In this document: in pieces, positions 27,052 to 40,142 of the stretch
How positions within the stretch are numbered: position 1 is the first letter of the stretch
Layout: each line of letters starts with the position of its first letter
Assembly: GCA_951406725.2 (NCBI GenBank)
Contig: OX597830.1
Location: forward strand, 4,712,001 to 4,776,000
Reading direction: 5' to 3'
Origin: Octopus vulgaris
Taxonomy: Eukaryota
Length of the DNA stretch: 64,000 bases
Program-made: the position numbers and the translations under genes
The notes under the pieces: generated by a model
What the model saw: the letters and a program-made list of their open reading frames with translations, nothing else
What the model was told of the DNA's origin: nothing
Databases searched by the model: none

Positions 27052-27659
27052 TAGTAATGATGATGATAATAACAACAGCATCAGCTTCCAAATATATCAC
27101 CTGCCAAGCACTATTCCACAAATAACTTCTTTCTGTTAAGGGGAGCAGCAAATTGGTGGAATTGTTAGAGTCCCAGACAGAAAATCTTGTAGTATTAGTA
27201 CTTAGGTTCTCTGGGCTCTGAGTACAAATCTTGTCAGGTTAAAATTACCTTTTGATCCTTTAGGGTTGAGAAAATACCAATCCAGAAGTCCAGTAAATTC
27301 TCTCTCTCTCTCTCTCTCTCTCTAATATCTGTAATGTTTTCATTTCCTGATTCAGCCTGAGAATAACACTAAAGGTACACATGTCTATGGAATACTCAAC
27401 CACTTACGCATTGGTTTCACAATTAGGAAATTTAGGTGACTGAACCAAAGAATAATCATATACCCCCTTTTGTACATTTATAAAGGCGGTGCTCCAGCAT
27501 GGCCACAGTCAAATGACTGCAACAAGTAAAAGAGTGTTTGTCACAGAATTCCACATCATTTCCATTTTCTCTGTTGGCATAAACTGACCGACTCACTTGA
27601 CACATTTAGTATAGTTTTACAGATTTGAAGATACAAACAGAAAAATAGAACTCAGAAAG

Positions 27660-28180
27660 TGTGTGTGTGTGTGTGTGAGATGTTTTGATATTCAGAAGAC
27701 CCAATAGGAAAGTAAGGCTGTGTAAGTGTTACGGAAGGATTGTTGTTAAGCTCCTGGTTCAACAATGGCATAAGTGAGGAGTCTAAGGCAGGTCGTGTGT
27801 GAGCGTGTATATGCTAAATAAAAGAAGATTACAAAGCCAAGGCAATCTGATATTCCTAGGACATTTATAAATAGGTGGTCCTACAGCTGTTTCCTGGAAG
27901 TAAGTGATGCTCCATCATCAGAGATGAGTTAAAAGAGCTTCAATAGAAAGAATTAGTAGAGTTCATTTTTTTAGAAGTTATTCTGGAGAGGGAGAGATCT
28001 ACAAGAAAGTAGATAGAATGCAGAAAGTATAAAAGGAAAATATGAAATAATAATATTTAGCAGAAGCAACAGAGTGACTTGAGGGATGAGAGTTTCATGT
28101 ATTAGCACTCATCAAGTTAGTTACAGATTGACGGGGTTGTAAATTTATATACTAGCAGTAATAGTATTTCCCTGGATAGT
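27660..28180 (-). mobile_element. Penelope-like element 3' tail
   Basis: Contains the HHR at 27878-27926 and a pyrimidine-rich tail on the minus strand; possible decayed ORF end near 28130-28175. Confidence 0.45.
27878..27926 (-). ncRNA. Minimal type I hammerhead ribozyme (PLE-type)
   Basis: Minus strand CATCT-CTGATGA-TGGAG(catcacttac)TTCCA-G-GAAAC-AGCT-GTA-GGAC; intact core and palindromic stem III. Confidence 0.7.
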
Positions 28181-28589
28181 TCTAGAACAAATTATAAAAA
28201 TAATTATAAAGGCAGATGGATAATTCATCTTTCTCAAATAGTTTTCCCACCATGCCATTCAAGAAGTAAATACATAAATAAAAAAATAAGGAAAATTTGT
28301 GGGTGCTTAGATAGGCACGTGTTTTATAATTTCTTTTAGTTTCAAGTGAAGAGCTTCATCGTGTTTTTATTTTACCAAGAAATAGTCATTATGTCAAAAT
28401 ATGGAACATGTGTGATTGCTAGAGATTATAGACCAAAGAACAAAATACCTTGTGGTATTTAATCCAGTTATGTTCAGAATAACCATATGTTTTAAGATAA
28501 GAGTATACTTCTAAAACTGTTTTATACATACATGCACATATATATATATCAAACTCAAAATCAAAGTGAAATTCGATGACAAGCATGAG

Positions 28590-29080
28590 CAAGTGTGATC
28601 GTTGAAGAGCAGCTAACTGGCTTCCATGCCAGTGGCACATAAAGGCACCATTCAAGTGTGATCGGTACCAGAGTTGCCTTACTGGCACTTATGCTCCATG
28701 CTAGTAGGGTTCTAAGACCACCATCCGAGCGTGATCGTTTCCAGAGTGGCTAACTGGCTTCCATGCCGGGGCATGTAAGAGGTACCATTTGAGCAGGATC
28801 GTTACCAGCATTGCCTTACTGGCACCTGTGCTGGTGGCATGTGTAAAAAGATTTGAGCAAGGTTGTTGCCAGTACCGCCTGACTGGCCCCGTGCCAGTGG
28901 CATGTAAAAAGCACCCACTACACTCTCAGAGTGGTTGGCGTTAGGAATGGCATTCAGCTGGAGAAACTCTGCCAGATCAAGACTGGAGCCTGGTGCAGCC
29001 ATCTGGTTCGCCAGCCCTCAGTCAAACCGTCCAACCCATGCTAGCATTGAAAGCGGATGTTAAACGATGATGATGATGAT
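28590..29080 (+). mobile_element. RTE LINE 3' UTR with internal subrepeats and (gat)n tail
   Basis: Repeated gtgtgatcgtt...ctaactggcttccatgcc units; end aaccgtccaacccatgctagcattgaaagcggatgttaaacgatgatgat. Confidence 0.75.
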
Positions 29081-29094
29081 ATATATGTATATAA

Positions 29095-29770
29095 CGTACT
29101 GTTCTGTGATAGAAAATTCACCAAAAAGTACTCCGTCTGGTGAGAGATAAATATTATTTATTTAAAGGACAGAATACATGTATTTAATGACTGTTGATAG
29201 TTTCATATGTTGAGAAATACCCAAACATATTCTTCAAACACAAACCACATATCATGACAAACTAAAAAAAAAATCAAATAATAGAAGAAATGCGATGAAA
29301 CTGAGAAGGCAACAAATAGAAAACACGGAAAATAAAAAAGGGAAAATGAAAACACAAAAATTAAAAGGTAAAAAATAAAAAGTTAAAAGGTAAAAGAGCT
29401 ATCCTCCTCAGATCTTAAATGATAAGGCTGGAACGATATCAAGTTAGTCAGGAATAGGTAGAATTTTCCAATTTTTCAAAATATTTTTATACATAATCAT
29501 GGAACCACTGAAAATTTCTGACCTGGAGTTCAATAGAGAGTTAGGGATCTTAGACGTGAATAGGGTCTGTGCCCTTTCAGCCAAACAAAGTCTGCATTTA
29601 TTCAATCGGTTCACATAAGGTATGGATTTCTCAATTACTTTCCATTTAATCACATGCCGTGTTTCGTTATCTTTCAAAGTCCGTACGTATCTAACCAACT
29701 TAGTAGCTTCACTTTTGTCCCTCTATCGGAAGGAGGCTATGGGATTGGCATAGCAATTTTTAAATTCCCC
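29095..29770 (-). mobile_element. Penelope-like element: GIY-YIG endonuclease C-terminus plus HHR-bearing tail
   Basis: FKNCYANPIASFR*RDKSEATKLVRYVRTLKD...IKWKVIEKSIPY...KCRLCLAE...LLNSRSEI is typical of the PLE GIY-YIG end; HHR-like motif at 29192-29240. Confidence 0.8.
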
Positions 29771-31434
29771 TCCACACACACACACACACACATACATACA
29801 TACATAAAAATGAACAAAAAAAAAGAAACAATAAGCTTGCTATAGCTGGAATGCTTTTGACGATAGGTATCCTGGATCAGAGACAACCTAGGGCTAAATA
29901 ACGAGAACCACTGCCACCGTCACCCCACCACCTTTTTTTGCTTATATAATCTTTTTTCCGCTGAGCATGCCATTCTTTTTCACGAACCCATATTCTCTGT
30001 CATAGAACGGTCTTTCATGATGATTCATGTATCACAGAACTTTCAGTTAAATATGTAAAGTAGAATTCTCTGAGATAAGGCAGCTGCATAAATTAATGAT
30101 TGTGCTGCATAAATTAATGATTTTGCATTAGCTCTGACTTCGTGCTACAGAAATGGTTAATGTCATCATGATATTGATGTAACGAGAGTTATTTAATACT
30201 TCAAGTGGAGAGTTACTGCAGGACAAGGGAGTTAACTGCATCGTGCATTCCAATTAATTATTTATTAAAGATTATTGGGTGAAATATGTTAATCTGTAAT
30301 CTCACCTTTGTAAAGTGAAAGCTTGTGGAACTCGATTCTCATTACAACTCAATACCCACAAGAGATTCTTCATGTAAGAACTAAATCATTTCTCTGAAAT
30401 TCACAACATGTATTTGTCACCCGAACAGCTACTTGGATAATTTCCTGATGGAAACATTTTGGAATAATATATAACGGTTACAGCTTGCAAGTGTAACACT
30501 GAACATATTACGTTGCCTTTGATTAACAAGTTTCTATTAGAGACATTATAGCCAATAAACAAAAGTGGACTCTAATTGGTCAAAGGTTTTCTTTTGTGCT
30601 TGCAGGATCTGCAGAAGATTTCACTATTTCATCAATAGTTTGGAATAAAAACTGTTTTCTTTTTCATGTGTTAATACATATTATGGTCACCAATCTACTC
30701 TTTCTCTTTCTCTCATACTAATTAATGCAACCATTTATTTTCGTTATAAGCTACTAAATCGTTTTTTCTCTTTAAGTGATCTAAATGAAAACTTTCTACT
30801 AAAATTTCATGTAAATTAATATTGCAGACATCATCTTAATGATGACGAACCAGGGGACAGCATCATGCAGCAGTGTCTACTTTGATGTGGTCGCTATTGC
30901 TCGATGCCCTGCCTTGGCCGGCCACTTTACACAGGGTATTGGATGCTTTGTCTGTGGCAACATCATTAATGAAAATTGCCTTGTAGTCTGCAAGGGTTTG
31001 AAAATTGGTCCCTGTAACTGAGAGAGAATAGAAGAGTAGTAAGTGATGTGTGGGGAGAAGATGACAGGAACATATTTCTAATTGCAATAGGGTGATAGTG
31101 TAGAGAGTAAATGTATTAACTGCTCCTGCATTTTGTTGTGGAGGAAGTTAAAATAAGTGGAGCAATGGCTAGGCTAATATATATATTCTGCGTGACAAAG
31201 ATGTTTGTCATAATTTGTCGCCCCTCTTTCGTAATATGGTGTGATTGCAAAATGACAGTAATAAAATCAACACTACTTTTAAAATGAAAGGAGGCTCAAT
31301 AAACTAGCATTTTTATTCTAACGTTACAATAAGATAGTCCAGTGATTTGGTATCACAAAACAAAGATGCATGACAATTAGTATACAAAGCTGTCACTGAC
31401 ATCCAAAGGTGTCTCTGATACTCAGGTCACATGA

Positions 31435-31765
31435 TGTGAAGGCCCATGGCTTAGTGGTTAGAGTATTCAGTGTACGATTGTCAGATCAAGTGTTCAATTC
31501 CTGGTGATGCATTGTGTCCTTGAACAAGACACTTTATTTCACACTGCTCCAGTCCACTCAGCCAGTAAAAATAAGTTGGACCTTTAATTCAGAGGGTCGG
31601 CCTTGTCTCATTCTGAATCCCATTGAATCCCCCTGTGACCTACGTTAAGAGTACAAATGTCTGTGGAGTGCTCGGCCACTTGCATGTTAATTTCATGAGT
31701 AGGTTGTTGTTCCATCGATCGGATCAACTGGAACAGTTATTGACATAACTGATGGCGTGCCAGTT
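31435..31765 (+). mobile_element. CORE-type tRNA-derived SINE (family C), full length
   Basis: ggcccatggcttagtggttagag (A box)...gttcaattcct (B box)...gtgtccttgaacaagacact (CORE-like)...actgatggcgtgccag. Confidence 0.8.
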
Positions 31766-33189
31766 CTTTTTGGATTAGGTCACAAGAAAGCAGTATTGGT
31801 GAAAATTTACATTTGCAAAATAACGAGTAAACTTCATTCAAAAATAAAAATAGAATTTGGGCATTTATTGTTTAATAATCCTTGCAAAACTGGTAATGAC
31901 ACCTATGAAAGAAAATTTAATTAATGCTTTTCACTTAACACAAATGACAATACAGTCTGTGTTTGTAATCAACTGAAAATGCCAGTTTTCTGTAATTTTC
32001 TGTAAATTGTGTGTAAACAGCAGCTTGCACATGACTTACTCTTCTGTAACATGAATGTGTGTAAAGCGAGTCAACAGAAAAGTGAGAACTTATTAGATAT
32101 AGTGAGTGACTTTACAGAAACTTGACTATCTGTAAAGCTTGTCAGAGGGAAAGTGATAAATTGTACAGAATATGGAATGCAATGTGTTAGTAACTTACTC
32201 TAACGCAATAACACAACCTATAAAGAGAGTCAATGGGGAAAGAGGGAGAGCTTAGCTACACTTGCTGTAATAAGATTATAATCCATTTCCCATAGAAGAG
32301 CCTTTTGCTAAGTCAGTTCATTGCAAGTGAGATATGTTTTGTCAAAGTTGAAGAAATAATTTACTGGTTCAATCTGGAATACACTGCCAACAAGTTTCAA
32401 AGTACTGAAGGAATCTAGTTAACATGTTTCCTAAGACTAACAAAGATTGACTTTGCAATTGGTGATTTACCTTTTTTTTTTACCTTCTTGTTATTAATGA
32501 AATTCAAATGAAGAAGCTTGTTGTTGTTGCTGTTAGAAATGTACTGAAAATATAACTTAGTAACAATAAAATGATATTTTCATTTTCAAATAATTATCTT
32601 CAAAATTCATGATTCTTGTTTGTAATTAGTGACATTAAAATTTGTTTTTAATACTCTAAAATTACTCTTTAATTGCACATAAATCTGCATAGAGTTTGAA
32701 AACTTCCTCCCGGAAATCAAATACTATCAATGCTAGAAATAGTTAACTTCTTTTTTGATTAATGCTAGAGTTTGTTTACATCATTTTGTCATGTAAACAA
32801 AAGTTGCAGCTTATATTAATTAATAAGTGAACCACTTCAATTTGTATCGCTGTCACACAAATAATTTTAATAGGTTTGCAATGTTCAGTTGGAGGATTCC
32901 CTAATTAATCATTTATACACACATACATAAAAAATACATACAAACATATATATACACATATATATATGTATATACACACACACATATACACACAGAGTGT
33001 ATAGTTACGAGTATGAAATGAGTAGGAGCTCATAATTATATATTGTGTATATTAAACAATATTTATCTCTCATCAGATGGAATACCTTGTTTTGTTGTCA
33101 CTCTAACCTGAATGGAAAGGTAAACTACATATATATATATGTGTGTGTGTGTGTATGTATGTATGCATACATGCATGCACACATATATC

Positions 33190-33612
33190 ATCATTGTTTA
33201 ACACCCAGTTTTCCCTGCTTGCATGAGTCAGACGGAATTTGTTGAGGCAGAGTTTCTACAGCTGGATGTCCTTCCAATCACCAACCTTCGCCTGTTTCCA
33301 AGGAAGATAATATTTCCCCATGACCAGATATGTTTTCATGGAAGATTGGAAATGAAGGATACCGCTTGCATGGCAGTGGCACTCGTTTACAACTATGACA
33401 TGAAGTCAAAGGAAGGAGACAAGTAACACACATGCTCATTTACACACATAAGCCAAGACTTTTCCAGTTTTTGCCTACCAAATCAACTCACAAGAGACTT
33501 GGGTCAGTCCAAGTCCATAGCAGAAGACACTTGCCAAAAGAGCTACACAGTGGGATTGAACCCGAGACCATGTAGTTGGAAAGCAAAATTTCTTACCACA
33601 CAACAATGCCTA
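33190..33612 (-). mobile_element. SINE (family A head) with RTE-type tail
   Basis: catcattgtttaacacccagttttccctgcttgcatg...gaagacacttgcc...gggattgaacccgagaccatg. Confidence 0.75.
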
Positions 33613-34779
33613 CACACACACCTATATATATACATATAATTATTATCATAAGTTTTTTTATGTCTGATTTCTATGATGGTATGAGTTAGAAGATCATGTA
33701 CCTCTTGTACATTCCAGTTTTTAGTGTTGTTCTATGGCTGGCTGCCCTTTCTAATACCAAGCTCTTAACAGAAACTGTTGGATACATTTTATCATGCCAT
33801 CAACACAAAGAAGTTGTCTTGTCTGTGTTGTGTTTATGCTAAAGACATCATTGTAACAAGTTAGTGATGAAGCAAGCATGAACATATTCTTCAAAGAGTG
33901 CAATGGCTCAACCATTTATAACTCAACAAACCATCAACATGCACAGCAGATATAAAAAAGTTTTTCTATCTTTAAACTTTAATTTCTTTTATTTTCAAAT
34001 TTTTCGTTACGTCTTCCTCACAATACGTTATATGATAATCATTAATTTATTTTCTACATTAACTGCTCGTTAGCAATTATAGAAATATAATTTACTTTAA
34101 TGTTTGCCTCTTTGTCTAAACTGTGCATCGTTCACATGTTGTTGATTCTTTGATTCTTTGGTTATTGGGAGGAATCTGTGAGTGAGCTGTTAGAATTACA
34201 GTTAAGTAGTTTGTAAATCAGTTATTCTCTGATATTTTATTAATGAATGAAATTTACAATCCATTTTAAGTTCTGTCTCTTCACCAATTTAGTAAATTAT
34301 AATTAATTGAGTGAAGTTCTGTCAAGATATTCATAGCCACATCACCACCAATATTTCTCACGTGTTTTGGTTGAGTAAAAAGAAAAAAATTAACGACTGT
34401 TTTTAATCTTTTCTTTGAGCTCCATTTAAATTTTCCACCATAGTGTCTCTTCTTTATATTCTATATACTATAACATCATGTAAGGATATTGAAATAGAAT
34501 GTTGAAATGGAATGCATTATTGTAATTTTTGCAGAGCAGGACTTTTGAAATAAAATTGGGTTTATATTTTGTTTGTATTGGTACAGATGATGATGGTTAT
34601 TCACTTAATATTGGTAAAATGCCTCAATTCTTTATAATTTTTGGGAAAAAATTGAGTTGGTTTCCCATGAATAACATTCTCATTTGGAAACCTTCAATAC
34701 TTTGAAATGTTCAGCCCCAGCCTACTCCAGGTTGTACAGCCCACGTTTCTGTTCATTGATCTCTTGAGTAAACTTTTGG

Positions 34780-35379
34780 ACAAATAAGCATAGTCAGCCT
34801 CTGGTCAGCTTTAATTTACAGTTACACAAAAAAGGACAGTACGATCATCAAAAAAAAACTCGTAACCACAAACCCTGCATGATGAACAAGTTGATGATCT
34901 GAAAATGGCCATCATTCTCTTTCATAGATGAGTCAACTGAGGTAATGAGCCAAAAACATTTGTGCGCCTGTGTTTGATATCATAAAGCTGGACAGAAAAG
35001 GGTTTCATCAGAGTTTGAGGGATTAGTTTCATCTTCTATCTCCGAAGCTCTGCATTATCATATCTAAAAGATTATTTTGGCAATATTGAAGTTAATTTTA
35101 AAGTAGCATTCACCATTGGCATGGAATAGGCATTGAATCTCCATGGATCTCATCACTCACTCTATGCATTTACAAAGAACAATATCCTTAATTTGATTTT
35201 TATCAAATGCACGTGTCATTCTTAGCATTTGGCCTGCTCTCTTACATCTGACAAATTGCCTTCCAACAACAAGTTCATGATAAAGGAAAGCTACAGCTGG
35301 TTCTACATATCACTGAAGAGAGATAGAGGAGAGAGGGAGAGAGAGCAGAGAAAGAAAAAGAAGGAAGAGAGAAAAAAAG

Positions 35380-35421
<42 letters not shown>

Positions 35422-35690
35422 ATCTAAAGATTTAGAGATAAGGAATGATGGAAAAGATCCTTTACAGCCGATACCCTTGTCAGGAAATGATGATTGGCAA
35501 GGAGCAATAATGCAAAACAGCTTTGAGATCAATGAGATTGTTTAACGATTCATTACCTAATAACTTCTTCTTGAGATAAATATTCATTGGAAGCTATTTT
35601 CAAGGTATGCTGACCTTGGCAAGAAATTTCACATTCTTTAAACCAGTCCGAAAGGTTTTTGAATCGATTAATTTACTTTCTGCAAATAAT
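34780..35690 (+). pseudogene. hAT-superfamily transposase fossil
   Basis: FIDESTEVMSQKHLCACV (first catalytic D at 34927), GSHHSLY, IKCTCHS*HLAC (CxxH motif), KFMIKESYSWF, NDGKDPLQPIPLSG, FTFFKPV...FESINL; stops, frameshifts and a (GA)n insertion. Confidence 0.8.
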
Positions 35691-37274
35691 AAAAAATGTA
35701 AAACTGAACAAGTGAAGCCTTCACACTGAGAAGACTTCACTCTTGGAATGTTCAAGACATTCATCCTAATTGTAAAAACGTTTGGTGCTAATTTGGAATC
35801 ACTTTTATGTATCTGGCCCAGGTGAAAGTGATCTATCAGTTATTCATACTTCTGGCCATTAACAAACAAAGTAATGCTTTATTTCAGGAGAAACTTCTAA
35901 ATGTTCATACATTTCAAGTGAAAGCTTGCAAAATGTATCTCTTTCTTGTATTCCAAGTAACGGTAAAGCTTTGACATAAATGAACCACCTGTCACTTAAT
36001 ATGTGCTCTAAACATACATGGCACCATTTTCAGCACTTCCAATAGTCCTAACTGACTAATCAAGTCAGTCTACTACTAGCCGTTCTCTGACTCAACATTT
36101 TTGAAGAAAAGTTCCAGCATCTGGAGGAACACAAGACACTGTTAAAGGACCCATGCTGATTGGTCCTAATGAGAGTGCAATCAAAATAATTAGCTTACAA
36201 ACTAGTAATACACTGGATGAATTAGTATTTTTTAGAGGAATAATTGAGAAAACTAACTCAAAACTAGAATGGTAACCAGAATTTTTGACAGCATTCTTGA
36301 GAATCAAAATATATCTCAAAGAAAAAAAACCTGTCTCTCAGTATCAGAATCATGTACGTCTATCCTAAAATAATTCTTCAATTTACATCAATGAGGTGGC
36401 TGATGTTGAAAGGGGCTGATGTGAAAGAAGACCTTTTTGATAAACTATGAAGCTATAGAGAGACTGCACAAACTTAATTATACATTGTCCTATTACTGTA
36501 ATTTTAATTAGATTCATGCAGTAATAGATGAAATCATTAAAGTAGGGCTGTGCACCCCATGTGTTAAATTATATTACATTTCAGTGTTACTTTTGTAAGA
36601 AAAAAATCTAAAAATATAAAAAAAGGAATAAGACTTTTGTTTTAACTCAAGAGGAAATGGCAGTGCCTTTGATTCTTATTATGGCTTCTGAGACTTGTGG
36701 GAATGAAGAACTGGTTTCAATGCCTGCAACAGAATGGATCTCAGTAAGAAAGCCAGTGGTGGTGGTATCAAACTGTGTAAGGGATTAAGTCAGTAATCTC
36801 AATAGGCTGTGAGAGGATTTGAATTCAGAATGCAAAAAGATCAAACATATACCTCAACGTACCTTGTCTGATGCTCTAAGAATTCTGCCAGTCCACTACC
36901 CTAAACTGGAAAACTTTTTATCAATCCCAGAAAAATGGAAGATAAAGTTTACTATTTTGCATTTCGCCCTATCATCACCATGTCCAACATCTCAGATCTG
37001 CCAAACCTCCCCAACAAATGATAGATCCATGCTTAAGATTACAACAGTGGAATTGCCTCTCTTATTATCCCCAAAATGGAAATGCTTACAATGTCCAATA
37101 ATATTAATATACATTGAAAATCTCTGCAGTTAATTCATTTATTTGTAAGTAGGGTTTTATTACTCTATCATAAATACTGGAAAGATGAATGAATATAAAT
37201 ATTTGGTTATGAAATTTGTGAACTGACATTGATAAATATCTGTTAATGTCTTGTCCATCAAATTCAATATATAC

Positions 37275-37334
<60 letters not shown>

Positions 37335-38868
37335 CGAAAGAGAGAGTGACATACATACATACACACACACACACAAACATGTATGTATGGATAATATTGT
37401 AATAATAATATTGTAGTGTATTTTAATGATTTTTTGGTCTTTCTAATACATCTTTAGTTTAGCAGAATTGTGAGCTTGAAATGCTGCGAGGTTGATAAAT
37501 TTGTGTTGGAACTTTTATTTACCATTTTATTCTATGCCTATCATCAAAGCAAATCAAATGCTGTGTAGTTTTGCCAAACAGTGAGACACAGGATTGTCTC
37601 AAACAGTATAGAGAAGCATTCATCAAACTAATTTTGCTAACTGTTCATTGTACTTCTTTTCAAATATAGATTCTAAAGCTTGAGGTGGTGTAATTTCATA
37701 AATCTATTTAGGAGGCTGCTGTGATTGTAGTAAAAATGTTATTGAATTATATGCTCCATCATATAACGGTTCTATTTTGATATGTTGTCAGCTGAAGAAA
37801 TGTCTTACAATAAAATATATCCAATAACATCATATTCAGTTCTCATATTTATAAAATATTATATTAATCTGTGCAGATTAAAATATAATGATAAAGCAGG
37901 TTTTTCTTTGTAATAAATGCTGCCATGGTAACAGTAGAAAACGTTGATGCTCAGCGTGAGAATAATGTAAAGTTGGGAATGTATTAAGTGGTGTGAAAGC
38001 AATAGAAGAACACTTTGGTCAAATTTATTGAACACCAGCTTTTTGTAGAACTGGAATGAAAGTAAGATCATCAAAATATTTCCAACAACTTTGCTCCGTT
38101 TTTGTGTTATTTTGAAAAGTCAGTGAATATATTCAAGTTAAAGAAATCAATAATACGAGGTTTTTAAAATGAGAACATTATTGCTAATGAATAAGGAAAT
38201 TTGTTATATTGCACCACACTGTCTGGAAGAGATAAGCCTGTAGTCTATAGGACTTGGTGAAGTGCTTCATTAAGGATGGTGTTTGTGAAGCAGGAGTGGT
38301 AGTAGTGGCAGTGGAAATAATAAAACAAAAAAAAACTGATAACCGTTCCACTAGGTTCAGTTGCAAACTTGTTACTGCCTCTACATCACATCACGTGCTT
38401 TTGGTTATCTGAAGAATCTTTGCTTTTATTTTGTTGTGGTTGATGTTATTATTATTATTTTAATATTTAACAGAAAATAAAAAGAGGTTATAGCCTGAAG
38501 TCACATATTTCCTTGATTAATTGCCTTAAACATCTAAAATAGTGGAAATTAAAGAAAATTGATGAAGTGGCAATTATTTATTTGCTACTCAAAAATATCT
38601 ACATACTCTTCTCCTCTCTCTCTCTTGCTTGTTTGCTCAACCTACGCAGTATTGAATCATTGCCAAGTGGTTTTTATACACAGAAACTTGATAATACCAA
38701 TCTAAATACTTATTCTTGCACTGTATAATTTGGTAGAGCAGTGAAAATTTTAGTGACTTAATAAAACCAATCTAGTGAATGGGTTATTATTAAGTGATTA
38801 TCATATTTTGATGGAACAGGATAATTATGAAAATAAAATACAACAACTACTACTACTACTACTACTAC

Positions 38869-38910
<42 letters not shown>

Positions 38911-39149
38911 TTTTCAGAAAATATTTTAGATTTTCTTTCTGATTATTGAAACAGATAAAAACTGAATAAGAAACTAACAGTTCATAAAAACTTTTCTTCT
39001 ACTAGAATATAATTTAGATATCACTAGTTACAATAATTTCCCCACCTATGTTTACTTAGCTCTGATCATAACAAAAACTATCAACTGAGAAAAAAAACCT
39101 TTCAAAAATTTAAAGTAATTATTTGCGTAATTATTTACTGTTGCCAATT

Positions 39150-39385
39150 CCTGTATGTATTATCAGGATTCAGGGTTTTGCCACTTCCCAGAGGACACAG
39201 GATACTCAACATTTATCCTGCTTATTAAAACTTTGTTTATATGGTTTATTTTGAAGTTTCTTGGTTCTAGGTTTTGCTTCTGTATTTGTAATACTGATGG
39301 TATGACAGCTTCAAGTATGAGAACTAGGTCCTCAGTATAGAGGAGCTCCCATAGACAGCCAGTGTTAACACGGCTGAGAACCAAG
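39150..39385 (-). pseudogene. RTE LINE reverse transcriptase fragment
   Basis: TGCLWELLYTEDLVLI (decayed YADD)...KVLISR...SGKW matches RTE RT domains 5-7. Confidence 0.8.
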
Positions 39386-39869
39386 CCTTGATGGACACCT
39401 GCCTCAATGCTTTATATTCCTAACGAAACTCTTTGCTAACTCTAGTCTTGATGACAACATCTCTGTACATCATTTACCTGGCTCTCACAAATCATTTATC
39501 TACACTTAGAATTTTTAACTATCACCTGACTACAGGACATGGTACCCAGTTAAGGGTCTACTCTAGGTCAATGAATGCTTCCACTTTGCCAAGAGGGTGT
39601 TGGTGGTACCAAAACTTGAACTGTTTCATTGAATTCTCTCTCTAATCAGCCATGCTGTAACTCTTTCTGTTACTTTCATAACATGGTCAATGTATTTGAT
39701 TCCTCTGGAATTGCTTCTTAACCTTGCCTTTATAGATGACTAGCAGTATAGCCCAGCGTTGCTCAGGCTTGTTTTCATTTTGACTGTTTAGAATTAGAAT
39801 TTTTGAAAAGTAAAAATTTTGCATTATGTAGCTTGTTATTCTCTTTAAGTGAACATTTTTCCGGTTGAA

Positions 39870-40142
39870 ATGCACCGAAAAATGGCAACACAGCAGTCAA
39901 AAAATCGTAAAAAATAAGGATTTTCATAGAAAAAACGTACCTTTTTGATGTAAATAATTTTTTGGTGTTAACATGGTCCGATTTGAATTTTATCTTCTAT
40001 AGAAGGAAGAGCAAGCCTTCTTCTATCATACTCTCAATTTTAGTCAACTTGCACCGCAGGGTTTCGGAGGAGATAGTGTTAGTTGAAGGCTACCAAACCT
40101 GCCATACACCAGACAACTTCAGCTTTACATATATATATAGAT
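39870..40142 (-). mobile_element. Possible non-autonomous Helitron-like element, 5' part
   Basis: Minus strand starts (a)tctatatatata...aaagctgaagttgtctg, the 5' TC/TATATA pattern of Helitron-N elements; CpG-containing body; no 3' CTRR hairpin seen. Confidence 0.35.

Noticed and set aside
37919-37932. RFX X-box-like GCTGCCATGGTAAC
   Set aside because: Single imperfect motif with no promoter context
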